Virus record (IMG/VR): IMGVR_UViG_3300022671_000005
Location: 1-64,000 of that record
DNA: 64,000 bases
Source of the DNA: a virus
Lineage: Duplodnaviria; Caudoviricetes
Reading direction: 5' to 3' (one strand)
The notes beneath the pieces were generated by a model. The model saw only the letters and a list, made by a program, of their open reading frames with translations, ran no database searches and had not been told where the DNA came from. The position numbers and the translations under genes were made by a program. Of this stretch, positions 37,334 to 47,855 are shown piece after piece (position 1 is the first letter of the stretch; the number at the start of each line of letters is the position of its first letter).

Positions 37334-39412
37334 ATGAACAGAATAGTTGAAACAGTAAATAGACCAGACTTGGGTAAAGTCTACAGATACCATATGTGTA
37401 GATATCTGATGATGTTGGGTATGGAAAGAGAGACGGCCATTAAGTTTGTAGAGAGTGTTATATCAAATAGGTTTGTTGATAAGACTATAGTTTCTATTGA
37501 TAAAGAAGGTGGTCATTTAAGATTTAGAAAGACAGGACTTTTAAATTTTACTAAAAAGATGTCTGATGTTATAGTAACCCCTAGTGGTAGTTTCTATGAA
37601 CCACATTATAAAAAGATGTCTTTGATGTCGGTGTTTGCTGAAGACGGATTGGCTAAGCGTAAGATATTGAAGAATAAACAGTTTGAATGTAAAGCTGCTG
37701 GTGATTCTGCAGGGGAATTACAAGCCATGTATGCTCAAACACAGGTTAAGATAAATCTTAACTCATTACCGGGTGGTTTTGGTAGTCCGTACAACATCTT
37801 TTATGATAAAGGTGGTTATAATGCAATCACTTCAGTAGCTCGTGCTCTTATAGCACATGCATACACTACAGCTGAATTATGTCTTGGTGGTAATCCAGCT
37901 GTATTTGATTTTGAAGAATTGATCAATTGGGTTATGACTGCTACAGGAAAAATGCCTGATAATGAAACTATAGCAAGAGTTACTGACAAATATGGAATAA
38001 AGTGGGCTACTAAAAAAGATCTTTTAGATTACTTTGTAGATACATTAGGTTGGTACAATCCAGGTGTTAATAAAGATCAAATAAAAAGTCTGATTTCAAT
38101 GTTGACAGATTATCAAATTCAATACATGTATTATCTTGGTAATCTACCACACTTATTGTTTAATAACGATAACATCTTTCGTAATAAAATTAAAGACATT
38201 CTTTCTCACGAAATTCTACCTATCGATGGTATTGATCCAAATGATTTTAAAAAGATTGATAGTGATATATTTGCTGTAGCTATGACTATTAGAGCTAAAG
38301 AGTTGGAAGGTATCAATATTAAAGAGATTATCACCGAAGCTCCAGATGTAGCTAGACAGATTGTTGCAACAGCAAATTCGATTCAAAACAAATTGAAAGA
38401 TCTAGACGAGTTGATGGAAACATTTATCTATTCAAATATTTCTACTCAAAAGATTCTTACTAGAACAAACATGAGAAGACATACTGTTGTTGTTTCAGAC
38501 ACTGATTCTATCATATTCACTTCTAAGAATTGGTTGAAGTGGTATACTGGAACATTAGAAGGTTTATCACAGGAATCGTATGACATAGCTGCACTGGCAA
38601 CATATTTCATAACCAAAGTTAATGAGGACTCTATGGCCAAGTTTGCCATAGACTGTGGAGCTACAGGCAAGTATGTCAGACAAATGAAAATGAAGAATGA
38701 ATATTTATATCCTATCCTTCTCATTTATGATATTAAGAAAACTTACTGTGGTATAGTAAGGGTGCAGGAAGGTGTTATATGTCCAGATGGTGATCTAGAC
38801 CTTAAAGGTGGTGCATTGAGATCGTCTAATATACCACCTATTAGTTTAGACTTTATTAAAAACTTCATTGAGAATCATATTCTTAATCCAGCAGAAAAAG
38901 GAAGGCTTAAAGCTTCTAAACTTATTGAAACTGTACTAGATTACGAAGTAGGTATACGAGGAAGTTTAGAGAGGTTAGAGACTACCTTTGTAAAGCGTGA
39001 GTCTATAAACATGAAAGGTAATTATTCCAAACCTGAAAGTTCAGCATGGATGTATGGAGTTGCTTGGAATGATATCTTTTCTAAGAAATATGGAAATTTT
39101 TATCCACCAGACAAAGTGTCTGTGTTGAAATTGTTAATTCCAACTCCAGAGTATTACGAAACAGTAAAACGAATGGACGAAGAGCTATATAGGCGAATGC
39201 TCAAATATGTTGAAACCTATGGTAAATTCCCAACAAGTGTTGTCATACCTAATAATGTCTCAGGTATTCCAAGAGAACTTTCTCCTATAATAAACACAAG
39301 AGAAATTATCTGGAACAACATGAGACCTACTTACCACACCTTGGAAAGATTAGGTATATATGTTGGTTATAAAAAAGAAAATGCATTACTTAGTGATTTT
39401 TATACGACATGA
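37334..39412 (+). CDS. split family-B DNA polymerase, catalytic subunit (phiKZ gp50-like)
   Basis: Q..KINLNSLPG (motif B), SDTDS (motif C), KNEY, KTY, LKG motifs. Confidence 0.88.
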   Translation: MNRIVETVNRPDLGKVYRYHMCRYLMMLGMERETAIKFVESVISNRFVDKTIVSIDKEGGHLRFRKTGLLNFTKKMSDVIVTPSGSFYEPHYKKMSLMSVFAEDGLAKRKILKNKQFECKAAGDSAGELQAMYAQTQVKINLNSLPGGFGSPYNIFYDKGGYNAITSVARALIAHAYTTAELCLGGNPAVFDFEELINWVMTATGKMPDNETIARVTDKYGIKWATKKDLLDYFVDTLGWYNPGVNKDQIKSLISMLTDYQIQYMYYLGNLPHLLFNNDNIFRNKIKDILSHEILPIDGIDPNDFKKIDSDIFAVAMTIRAKELEGINIKEIITEAPDVARQIVATANSIQNKLKDLDELMETFIYSNISTQKILTRTNMRRHTVVVSDTDSIIFTSKNWLKWYTGTLEGLSQESYDIAALATYFITKVNEDSMAKFAIDCGATGKYVRQMKMKNEYLYPILLIYDIKKTYCGIVRVQEGVICPDGDLDLKGGALRSSNIPPISLDFIKNFIENHILNPAEKGRLKASKLIETVLDYEVGIRGSLERLETTFVKRESINMKGNYSKPESSAWMYGVAWNDIFSKKYGNFYPPDKVSVLKLLIPTPEYYETVKRMDEELYRRMLKYVETYGKFPTSVVIPNNVSGIPRELSPIINTREIIWNNMRPTYHTLERLGIYVGYKKENALLSDFYTT

Positions 39413-39413
39413 C

Positions 39414-39451
39414 CTATATCCCTATCGTAGTGTACTACGATAGGGATATAG
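39414..39451. terminator. 18-bp stem hairpin
   Basis: ctatatccctatcgtagt-gt-actacgatagggatatag. Confidence 0.7.
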
Positions 39452-39517
39452 ACTCGAATGAACTATTGTATGTTTACGATGCAAAATATTAATTATTAAC
39501 AAAGGTTAAGAAAGACA

Positions 39518-40546
39518 ATGTATTCTTCAGAAGAATTACAAGATCAATTTCTAGATGACATTGTTGAAATTTCTCCACTCATAGAGGATTACCTTGCAGC
39601 GCAATTATACGAACTTGAAGTTGAGTACGCAGAAGATATTTCTGATGAGACCAAATTTAATTTAGTTTTGCGAATGGTGTTGGGTGAACTATCTACCATA
39701 GGTATAGAAATATATGGTGGTACTGATATCTTTAATGATACAGAAAAGATAGAACTTATTAAAGTATTGAGAAAAGAATTTGATATTTGGAATCTCAGAA
39801 CTACTTTAATGTCAAGTGAAGATTTTAGAAATAGTGTTGAATCGTCTTCTAGGGATTGGGATGAGGAAAACATAGTCCATGTTATCTCTTCAATAGCTAG
39901 AGACATATTCCCATTAAGTACAACATGGGAGTATATAAATAACATGGCTCTTGAGCATGTTGCAAGTACTAATAATTTACATCAACATGTAATGCGACTT
40001 ATTGAATCCATAGAGAGTGGAGTTATAAGTAATAATGAAGAAGATGAGTTGATATCTGAATACACAAAACAAATTTCCTTTCAAAGGGTTAGATTCATTC
40101 AACACATCGAGGCTTTGCGTAGAGATTTATTAGACTTCCAAGATATTGACAATTACAAAGTTAATATGGTATTGGATGATGCCCTAATGACTTACGATAT
40201 CGATCTAATTAATAATCTGCAACCTGATCAGATAAGTATATATTTAGATGATGCTGACCCACACCCTGCATATAGGTCCGATGGTAAACCTGATGTAAGG
40301 ATAGTTGAACATCACAAAAAATTGCATACTCATCATGCAGAATGTCTTCTGCTTAAGAATCTTCTAACAGGGGATTTTAACAGTGATGTTCCATATGTTG
40401 CATTGCTTGTGGCAGATGGTCATAGAGAACCTTGGACTATTGAAAAGAATATACAAACCTTTAGAGAATACACTAAAGACCTAAAGCTATCAGCTGTTTT
40501 AAATGCAACTGCAGATAGATGGATGAAATTAATAACAAAGTTGTAA
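39518..40546 (+). CDS. hypothetical protein (phiKZ gp79 position)
   Basis: directly precedes and overlaps the gp80-like gene. Confidence 0.6.
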   Translation: MYSSEELQDQFLDDIVEISPLIEDYLAAQLYELEVEYAEDISDETKFNLVLRMVLGELSTIGIEIYGGTDIFNDTEKIELIKVLRKEFDIWNLRTTLMSSEDFRNSVESSSRDWDEENIVHVISSIARDIFPLSTTWEYINNMALEHVASTNNLHQHVMRLIESIESGVISNNEEDELISEYTKQISFQRVRFIQHIEALRRDLLDFQDIDNYKVNMVLDDALMTYDIDLINNLQPDQISIYLDDADPHPAYRSDGKPDVRIVEHHKKLHTHHAECLLLKNLLTGDFNSDVPYVALLVADGHREPWTIEKNIQTFREYTKDLKLSAVLNATADRWMKLITKL

Positions 40547-41859
40547 TTAAGCTTATGAATGAGTCCTTTCTAAAATATGTACACCATTATGCAGATCGCT
40601 TACTTCAAAGAGATACATTGATATCGATGTTTATGAGAAGTGCTCCTGGTGACATACCAACTGGTGACGATTTAAAGGAAGCAGACCCTTCCGTCACAAA
40701 TGGTGTTATTGTCAAAACAGGAAGTGGTTTTGCATTCATGCACGATGGAAATATTATTGGAATACAACCTAATAAGATTGATCCTAATGTTCCATTTGAC
40801 ATCTATGACGAAATCATGGTTGGTCCTAAAGAAATATCAAATTGGACCAAACCTAAGTCAGAGTCTACAACGATAGGCCTATACCTACTTAATTATATCA
40901 TTCTTGCTTCAGTATTTGGAGATAAGATAGATTATGTTAATGAGGAATGGGATATTGGAAAGATAGAAAAACAAATCGCTAAGGGTATACTAGACGATGA
41001 GATATCTGTAGCAGAATACAGAAAATATATTGACAATGCTTATTTCATTGGTCACTTCTCTGAACTATGTGTTCCTACTGTTACTGAAAGATCGTTTATA
41101 ACTGATCCAAAAGTTGCTGTTAGGAAAGCCGAACTTCTTGAACAATATAAAGGACAACTTAACGATCCAATTATTATCGAGAAGATAGAAAGTGAACTTA
41201 TCGCTATGGATAAAGCATGGTTAGTAGATGATCCTTCGGCTGGGTTTCATAATGCTAATGCTAAAAAGTCTTATGGTATACATAGAAAGAAACTATTTAT
41301 CACAGTTGGTGGTATAGAAGCATTTGACCAAGATGGTGCTAGTTATAATTTCATTGAGAACAGTCTAGATGAAGGTTGGGATCCAAATGATATGGATATC
41401 ATAGCAAATGAAACACGAAAAGGTTCATATAACCGTGGTGCTGAAACCCAAAAGGGTGGTGCCCAAACTAAATTCATCTTACGAGTATTCCAGGATATTT
41501 CCATAACTGAGAACGATTGTGGAACTAAAACAACTGTAAAACACATGATAACAAAAGCCAACTATTTGAATTATGTTGGTAGAGCTATTAAAGAAGGAAC
41601 TAAGTTTATCATTCTAGATGACAACTCTGTGGTCAATTATATAGGCAAAGAGGTAGATCTTAGAACACCATTATCATGTAAAACTACTGATGGGTTATGT
41701 CACATGTGTAGTGGACAGAAATTTAAACAATCTGGAATTGAATCGATAGGTACAAGAGCTATTGGTATCAGTTCTAAATTTATGCTTGCTAGCATGAAGG
41801 CATTTCATGGTAAAGTTATTTCTGTTACTAACATTGACCCATTTGAATTTATCCAATAA
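40519..41859 (+). CDS. rpoC: virion RNA polymerase beta-prime C-terminal subunit (phiKZ gp80-like)
   Basis: R.G.Y.RG.ET..GG, ITENDCGT, LRTPLSC....LC..CSG, MKAFH motifs. Confidence 0.88.
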   Translation: MDEINNKVVIKLMNESFLKYVHHYADRLLQRDTLISMFMRSAPGDIPTGDDLKEADPSVTNGVIVKTGSGFAFMHDGNIIGIQPNKIDPNVPFDIYDEIMVGPKEISNWTKPKSESTTIGLYLLNYIILASVFGDKIDYVNEEWDIGKIEKQIAKGILDDEISVAEYRKYIDNAYFIGHFSELCVPTVTERSFITDPKVAVRKAELLEQYKGQLNDPIIIEKIESELIAMDKAWLVDDPSAGFHNANAKKSYGIHRKKLFITVGGIEAFDQDGASYNFIENSLDEGWDPNDMDIIANETRKGSYNRGAETQKGGAQTKFILRVFQDISITENDCGTKTTVKHMITKANYLNYVGRAIKEGTKFIILDDNSVVNYIGKEVDLRTPLSCKTTDGLCHMCSGQKFKQSGIESIGTRAIGISSKFMLASMKAFHGKVISVTNIDPFEFIQ

Positions 41860-41882
41860 ACGTTAATCATAAAGAGGTTATC

Positions 41883-42536
41883 ATGGCTGAAGAAAAGAAA
41901 ACGACAACTAAGCGAACCAGAAAGAAGAAGACTAAAACTTCTACCAATCCTTCAACTGAGGCTAAGAAAGCTATAGCTGCTGAAGAAGCTAAACAGGCAG
42001 AACAAGATGCTGCAAAGAAAGCTGAAGAAGAAAAAATCAAGGCTGATGAAGAGGCTGCTAAAGCTGAAGCAGAGGCTAAGGAGAAGGAAAAGGAAGAGTT
42101 AGAAAAACCCAAGAAGAGTACAAAATCCACTTCTAAGATTAAACTTCCTGAAGTTGAAAAAGTTAAGATCATGTTGAGGGATTATGTTGAAAGCGCTTCG
42201 AAAGGTGTTGCAACTCCTGCTACTAGAAAGAAACAAGTTGATAAACTTGTTAAGCTAGTTACTTTCCTTGCTAACAATCCTAAGAAAGAAGTTATTAATG
42301 AAGCATATGACACCTTTAAGAAAGAACGTAATGGTGTAATGCACGAATCATTACTTCTTCAAGGTGTTAGTCACTTGAATGCATCCACTCGTGAGAAGGT
42401 AGAACTCCTCTATGGTGCATTTGTTCTTACTTTATCCAACACTAAAGCTAAAAAGAAAATTCGTCCAAATATTGACTTATTGACGAAACGTTTTGGTGAT
42501 GGTGTTGGTAGCTGGTTTGCAGCTAAAAATAAATAA
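41883..42536 (+). CDS. hypothetical protein with K/A/E-rich N-terminus
   Basis: GAGGT SD; low-complexity helical region. Confidence 0.7.
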   Translation: MAEEKKTTTKRTRKKKTKTSTNPSTEAKKAIAAEEAKQAEQDAAKKAEEEKIKADEEAAKAEAEAKEKEKEELEKPKKSTKSTSKIKLPEVEKVKIMLRDYVESASKGVATPATRKKQVDKLVKLVTFLANNPKKEVINEAYDTFKKERNGVMHESLLLQGVSHLNASTREKVELLYGAFVLTLSNTKAKKKIRPNIDLLTKRFGDGVGSWFAAKNK

Positions 42537-42548
42537 GTATATTCTTAT

Positions 42549-42581
42549 AGTACACCTGTGGGTTTAACCCACAGGTGTACT
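42549..42581. terminator. 16-bp stem bidirectional hairpin
   Basis: agtacacctgtgggtt-t-aacccacaggtgtact between convergent genes. Confidence 0.75.
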
Positions 42582-42596
42582 TAAATTATTTCTCTT

Positions 42597-43043
42597 CTAT
42601 TCTACCGTAGATACCTTTTCCATTTCTCCTTCAGAAACAGATATCTTTTCTTCAACCATACGTTCTGAGATTCTATCATCTGCAGCTTTTAGATCAACTG
42701 GATTACCTTCAGAAGGTCTCTGTACCATATCTGGTGCAATCTGCTGAAGAAGTTCAATGACTCTACCTGCATGATCAGCATCATCGTCATCGCTTTTCTT
42801 TTGTAGATTTAACTTCAAATTATTTATCTGAACAGCTTCTTGACTTTTCATCAAACTATCAACTGTTGAAATCATTCCAAGTCTACTCTCTAATTCACTA
42901 GCTCGCAATTTTTCAGGAGTAAAATCCGTCTTTTCAATTGCTTGCATGACTTTAGAAATTAATGAATTTCTTCTAAGATGATTCTCATCTGCCAAAGAAT
43001 TTATGTTGGAAAAAAGATCGTCTATATCTTTAGTATTGTCCAT
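42597..43043 (-). CDS. hypothetical protein
   Basis: AAGGTG SD, 148 aa helical. Confidence 0.65.
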   Translation of the reverse strand: MDNTKDIDDLFSNINSLADENHLRRNSLISKVMQAIEKTDFTPEKLRASELESRLGMISTVDSLMKSQEAVQINNLKLNLQKKSDDDDADHAGRVIELLQQIAPDMVQRPSEGNPVDLKAADDRISERMVEEKISVSEGEMEKVSTVE

Positions 43044-43094
43044 AATAAAACACCTTTTTTAAAAAAAATTAACTTATAGCTATACATATTATGT

Positions 43095-43350
43095 ATGACA
43101 ATATACCAACCAAACTTGCGTTTTCTGTTGTTGTCAATTGTTGTCAATACGTGTTCATGTCACTTTTCGTGCTTAATTTATGGTTGCTCCTTTGCCATAT
43201 CCAAGCTGAGTCTGTGTGGTCTTTTTAAGTTTGGAACGAAAAATGACGATCGGTTGTTGGTCGAAATCAACATGTCACTCCATGCCCTGCTTATCGGTTC
43301 TGGTTGTTCTGATAAGGGAGATGACATCTGATTCTCTATCAGACATTGCG
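43095..43350 (+). ncRNA. candidate structured non-coding RNA
   Basis: several nested stems, T-rich composition, followed by a terminator-like hairpin. Confidence 0.35.
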
Positions 43351-43353
43351 TTG

Positions 43354-43388
43354 ATGTAACCTACTGGGCATTGCCCAGTAGGTTACAT
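43354..43388. terminator. 17-bp stem hairpin
   Basis: atgtaacctactgggca-t-tgcccagtaggttacat. Confidence 0.7.
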
Positions 43389-43411
43389 TATTTTCGTTCA
43401 CTAAATAAATA

Positions 43412-43419
43412 TATATTAC
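43412..43419 (+). promoter_or_regulatory. putative early promoter TATATTAC
   Basis: recurrent motif. Confidence 0.7.
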
Positions 43420-43481
43420 ATATATGAAGACATACTTTTTAAGTTCATTAAATAATAATATACATATTGGAGGAAAAGAGA

Positions 43482-43946
43482 ATGAGTATGACTTGGTCTG
43501 ATTATATGGAAATCAAAAGTTGGAATGAAAGTTTTGAACGACAAATTATAAATGAGATCGAAGCTCTTGATGAGGACGATATTCATCACATTTTTTCTTT
43601 ATTTCAAAATGAATTGTGTGATAGGGAGATTCATCACATAACAGGAGTTCATGAATTTATCATTTACAAAATAAGAGTAGGAGCAGTCTTTACTGAAATT
43701 GGTCAACTATATAACTATCCTATAGTTTTTTCCAGAGAGTTGATGATTAATAGGCTAATTACCTTAGTTAGAGAAGAAGGGGCTGATCCGGTTACTATGA
43801 TTAATATGACAGGAGCTCATCCAAATCTAGCTACTGAAATATACAATAAGTATAGACAAACTCCAACTAATGTTCAACTATTTAATAAACTTTACACTCA
43901 ACAGAAACAACAACAATCAATTGAAGACAGGACTATAAATGGCTAA
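43482..43946 (+). CDS. putative HTH DNA-binding protein
   Basis: LCDREIHHITGV HTH-like segment; overlaps gyrB start. Confidence 0.5.
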   Translation: MSMTWSDYMEIKSWNESFERQIINEIEALDEDDIHHIFSLFQNELCDREIHHITGVHEFIIYKIRVGAVFTEIGQLYNYPIVFSRELMINRLITLVREEGADPVTMINMTGAHPNLATEIYNKYRQTPTNVQLFNKLYTQQKQQQSIEDRTING

Positions 43947-46386
43947 ATACACATCAGCGGATGTACAGACAATTGAAGGGTTGGCTTACGTTCGTCACAG
44001 GGCAGGTGTATACGGTTTCGATGATCAAAAACAACAAGGTCAATTTCAGTTAGTAAAGGAAGTAATTGACAACACAGTTGACGAAGCCACAACAACACCA
44101 AACAAAGATCATGTTACTGATATCATATTTATTAAATATGGCAAAAATTATCAAGTTATAATACATGACACAGGCCGAGGAATCCCATTAGAATCTTTAG
44201 TTCCTTGTTTCACAGTATTAGGAACATCTGGTAAGTGGAATAAAGCTTATTCAGCATCTGTGGGTACTAATGGTATTGGGGCTAAAGCTACAGCAGCATT
44301 ATCTAGAAGATTTTGCGCTATAACTAGAAGGAAAGAAGGTAGCGCAATCGTATCTGTTGATCGTGGTGAAATAATCCATCAGCAAATTAATAAAAAGAAA
44401 ATAACTGATGGTGAACTTTATGGAACTACAGTATTTTACGAACCCGATTCAGACATTCTTGTAGGAACTGACAAATTCTTTGATGAAGATGGTGGATATA
44501 GACAGATTGTAGATCTTATTGAATTTATAGTAGTATTTACAAAGAATCTTACTGTTAGAGTTTGGAATAGTACAAATAGAGTAAAAGATCCTGACATCAT
44601 AGGAAAACCTTTAGATGTATTAAGTAACTTACATAATGTTAAGAAGACCTTATCGTTCGAAGCGTCGTGTAGTTGTACACCGACCGAATACATGCGAAAA
44701 AGGTATGGTCTGACAGCCAAGATTGAGTGGCATAGTGAAACCTTTGAGAAAGTTCTAGATCCAAATGATTCCAATGATGAGTTTGGGTATGAGATAAGTT
44801 TCTTCCTGACTTCAGATTTTAACAAAAGATCTGGTCAACTAATATCTGCAGTTAACATGACTCAGATATATAACAAGTCGGCTGTACATTTAGTGGGATT
44901 TAGAGAAGCTATCAAAGAGCAAATGACAGATTTTATTGACGATTCAGAAATAAGAAATTTCTTTATCGAACAATACAACTTACCATTCCACTCTATTGTT
45001 ATGGCCAAGTATCAAGGAGCAGCATTTAAAGATCAAGATAAAACAAACTTTACTAATGCAAGATTCTTGAAACTTTATAAGGCACATTTAGTAAAGACTT
45101 TTGAAAATCTTGGTAAGAAGTACTGGTTAGATTTATATGAAATGATTGCTGAAGATATTGAAGTTAAATATCACAAATTCAATGATCGTGGATTGAATCT
45201 AAGTGCTTCTATGAAGAACTTAGCGTATAGTTTAAATAAACCTGGATCGTACTGTGCATGTCGTGAAAAAGATCCTAGTAAAATTGAGTTGTTCATGGTT
45301 GAGGGTGATTCAGCTATGACAACCATCAAACAGATATGTGATAGAGACACACAAGCAATATGGATGTCTGGTGGAAAACCAGTAAATCCATTCAAGAAGG
45401 ATTATTCTGTAATTAGAAAGAATTTAGCTTATCAAGATCTTATTAAGATAATAGGTGTTAGTCCAGGAGATACCGATCTGTCTAATATGAATTTTAGCAC
45501 AATAAGCATACTTGCTGACGCTGATCCAGATGGCTATCACATATCGGCATTGATGTTAGGTATTCTTTATAGTATCAATCCACTTATATTGGCAGAGAAA
45601 AGAGTAAGATTATCCACACCCCCTTTGTATATACTAACACATCGTGTCCAACATAAATCATTGTTCGTTCGTGATAAAGCAGCGTTAATGGACGCTAGAT
45701 CAGAAACAGCTAGACGTGTTATAAATATAAAATTAAAGTGTGGAGATACAGAAAGACTATTGGATGAAGAAGAATTTCGTTCAATGTACTATCTTATCCA
45801 TAGGGTTGGAACAACGATAGAATCTGTAGCAAAGCGATTAGCCATACATCCAGGTATTTTAGAAATGTTTATGCATTGTCTACCTCATTTGAAAGGTAGA
45901 ATAGATACCAAAGCTATTGCTAAAAAATTAAATCTTGACTATTGTGGATATAAAGAAGCCAACAATAGTCTAATCATGACTTCAGGTGCAGACGAATTCG
46001 TGGTACCTCTAAATAATGTGGTAAGTGATATCACAGGACTTATCATGCCAGAACTAGGGCCTCTAGCATTCGATAAAATTGAATTACTAATATCAACTAA
46101 ACTAACAGATTTATATAAGAATCAATCAGTTACGTTGATGGAGTTGTATCACACATTCATGCAAGTAAGCGAGTTGTTTAACACCAGCAGAATGAAAGGT
46201 CTTGGCCAAATGCCAAAACACGTTCTGAAACAAACTTGTCTAGATCCAGCCACCAGATCATTTGTTACTTTGACCTCTTTAGGCGATGTCGATGATTTGT
46301 ACCGTGTATTGGGAGTTGATACTCAAGCACGTAAGGATTTAGTGAGTCAGTTTGTTGGAGGTGAAGACGACGATTATTTGTTATAG
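43939..46386 (+). CDS. gyrB: type IIA topoisomerase B subunit (GyrB/ParE-like)
   Basis: EVIDN..DE, DTGRGIP, GTNGIG, VEGDSA, DADPDG.HI, KGLG motifs. Confidence 0.93.
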   Translation: MAKYTSADVQTIEGLAYVRHRAGVYGFDDQKQQGQFQLVKEVIDNTVDEATTTPNKDHVTDIIFIKYGKNYQVIIHDTGRGIPLESLVPCFTVLGTSGKWNKAYSASVGTNGIGAKATAALSRRFCAITRRKEGSAIVSVDRGEIIHQQINKKKITDGELYGTTVFYEPDSDILVGTDKFFDEDGGYRQIVDLIEFIVVFTKNLTVRVWNSTNRVKDPDIIGKPLDVLSNLHNVKKTLSFEASCSCTPTEYMRKRYGLTAKIEWHSETFEKVLDPNDSNDEFGYEISFFLTSDFNKRSGQLISAVNMTQIYNKSAVHLVGFREAIKEQMTDFIDDSEIRNFFIEQYNLPFHSIVMAKYQGAAFKDQDKTNFTNARFLKLYKAHLVKTFENLGKKYWLDLYEMIAEDIEVKYHKFNDRGLNLSASMKNLAYSLNKPGSYCACREKDPSKIELFMVEGDSAMTTIKQICDRDTQAIWMSGGKPVNPFKKDYSVIRKNLAYQDLIKIIGVSPGDTDLSNMNFSTISILADADPDGYHISALMLGILYSINPLILAEKRVRLSTPPLYILTHRVQHKSLFVRDKAALMDARSETARRVINIKLKCGDTERLLDEEEFRSMYYLIHRVGTTIESVAKRLAIHPGILEMFMHCLPHLKGRIDTKAIAKKLNLDYCGYKEANNSLIMTSGADEFVVPLNNVVSDITGLIMPELGPLAFDKIELLISTKLTDLYKNQSVTLMELYHTFMQVSELFNTSRMKGLGQMPKHVLKQTCLDPATRSFVTLTSLGDVDDLYRVLGVDTQARKDLVSQFVGGEDDDYLL

Positions 46387-46405
46387 TGATGCAAAAAGTA
46401 TATTA

Positions 46406-46435
46406 AGGTATGGTGACCAAATGGTCACCATACCT
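46406..46435. terminator. 14-bp stem hairpin
   Basis: aggtatggtgacca-aa-tggtcaccatacct. Confidence 0.7.
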
Positions 46436-46471
46436 ATCCTTCTCGTTATAATCTCATCAATAAAACACTAA

Positions 46472-46479
46472 TATATTAC
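46472..46479 (+). promoter_or_regulatory. putative early promoter TATATTAC
   Basis: recurrent motif. Confidence 0.7.
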
Positions 46480-46531
46480 TACTACGATGTAGTATATACT
46501 TATTAACCACGATTTATATTTTAGGAGCATA

Positions 46532-47203
46532 ATGGAAACGGTTGAAAGATTTATAGATACTCAGATTGTCTATAGCAACTATTGGATCCATAGTGAACGA
46601 CCTGAAGTTGCAGGTAGACAATTTATTGAAGCTATATTCTACCTTCATTACGCTTGTAATAATTTAACCGGACTTTCTGCATGGAGATCTTACATTAATC
46701 TATTATCTATACTGAGAGTAGCTAGTAGGATTTATTGTGGTGAAAATGTTTCGAAAAAATTGATGAACGTCCTTGAAGGTAGAGATTTGTATGACAATGT
46801 ACATTTTGATGTATTGAGAAGGTTTATTAATACATCCACAAATATGTATGAGAAGATAATTTATGGTTTATTACATAAATCTTTAATATTACATAAGCCT
46901 GACACTTCCTTAATACCTAATAGAGATGAATTTATTTCAGACCTTATGATAATTCTTTCAAAATCTAGAAAGTTTAATATCATCTGCAATCCAGATTCTG
47001 AAATTCAAAACAATCAATACGGTGCAAGTGAATGGTTTGATAGAAATGTTAATAAGTTGAGTACCTATGATTACTACCTTGATGCAACCAAAATATTAAT
47101 GATAACAGACACAATAGTGTTGTCATATATGAAAAGAACAACAAAATTTAAAGAACTTTTTCCTAGTGTTAGGAAAATACAATTGAGAGAACTATACGAT
47201 TGA
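46532..47203 (+). CDS. hypothetical protein
   Basis: AGGAG SD, 223 aa. Confidence 0.65.
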   Translation: METVERFIDTQIVYSNYWIHSERPEVAGRQFIEAIFYLHYACNNLTGLSAWRSYINLLSILRVASRIYCGENVSKKLMNVLEGRDLYDNVHFDVLRRFINTSTNMYEKIIYGLLHKSLILHKPDTSLIPNRDEFISDLMIILSKSRKFNIICNPDSEIQNNQYGASEWFDRNVNKLSTYDYYLDATKILMITDTIVLSYMKRTTKFKELFPSVRKIQLRELYD

Positions 47204-47233
47204 TCACTAATAACACAATATAGGTAACGCAAT

Positions 47234-47689
47234 ATGAGAGTGAATCCACAACCACATGTGGAATCTTCTATAACGAAGAACTTTCTTGCTTCTTTGAACA
47301 GCGTCAAAGCAGAAGGTATTCCTAATAGAAATCTACATGGTGAGCTTCTCTTTACTAAGGAAGATGTGATGGCTTCTAGAGATGAGCTTACACAATTATT
47401 AAGGGCAATGTGTTTTGAGAAAGGTATGACTAAACAGTATGTTACAGAGAAATACCGATCCTACGCCCATGATGTTTTACAAGAAGTTCCAAAGAAAATA
47501 CCAACAGGTGCAGGGAACTTGTTGCATGCAATCAAACGAGACCCAGTGTCATTCAAAACATTTGTAAAATTATTTGCTTGTGTTTTGAATTATAAGTTTG
47601 ATCTGACTGTTACTATGACAGATCCAGATGGTAAAACTGAAGAGTTTAATTACGTCCAAACTATGGAGAGAATAGTTAACTCTGAATAA
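47234..47689 (+). CDS. hypothetical protein
   Basis: 151 aa. Confidence 0.65.
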   Translation: MRVNPQPHVESSITKNFLASLNSVKAEGIPNRNLHGELLFTKEDVMASRDELTQLLRAMCFEKGMTKQYVTEKYRSYAHDVLQEVPKKIPTGAGNLLHAIKRDPVSFKTFVKLFACVLNYKFDLTVTMTDPDGKTEEFNYVQTMERIVNSE

Positions 47690-47705
47690 TTTGAAACGAC
47701 TTCAT

Positions 47706-47741
47706 ATAGAGTACTGTGATACATCTATCACAGTACTCTAT
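47706..47741 (+). terminator. 16-bp stem hairpin with T tract
   Basis: atagagtactgtgata-catc-tatcacagtactctat then ttt. Confidence 0.7.
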
Positions 47742-47855
47742 TTTAAGCCATTACGAAACATTTTTTTAATCTATATATGGTATTTTTTCAAACTAAAATG
47801 ACATTATATACAAACCGACACAATTAAACTTTTCAATAAATAAGGGCATTTTTGA

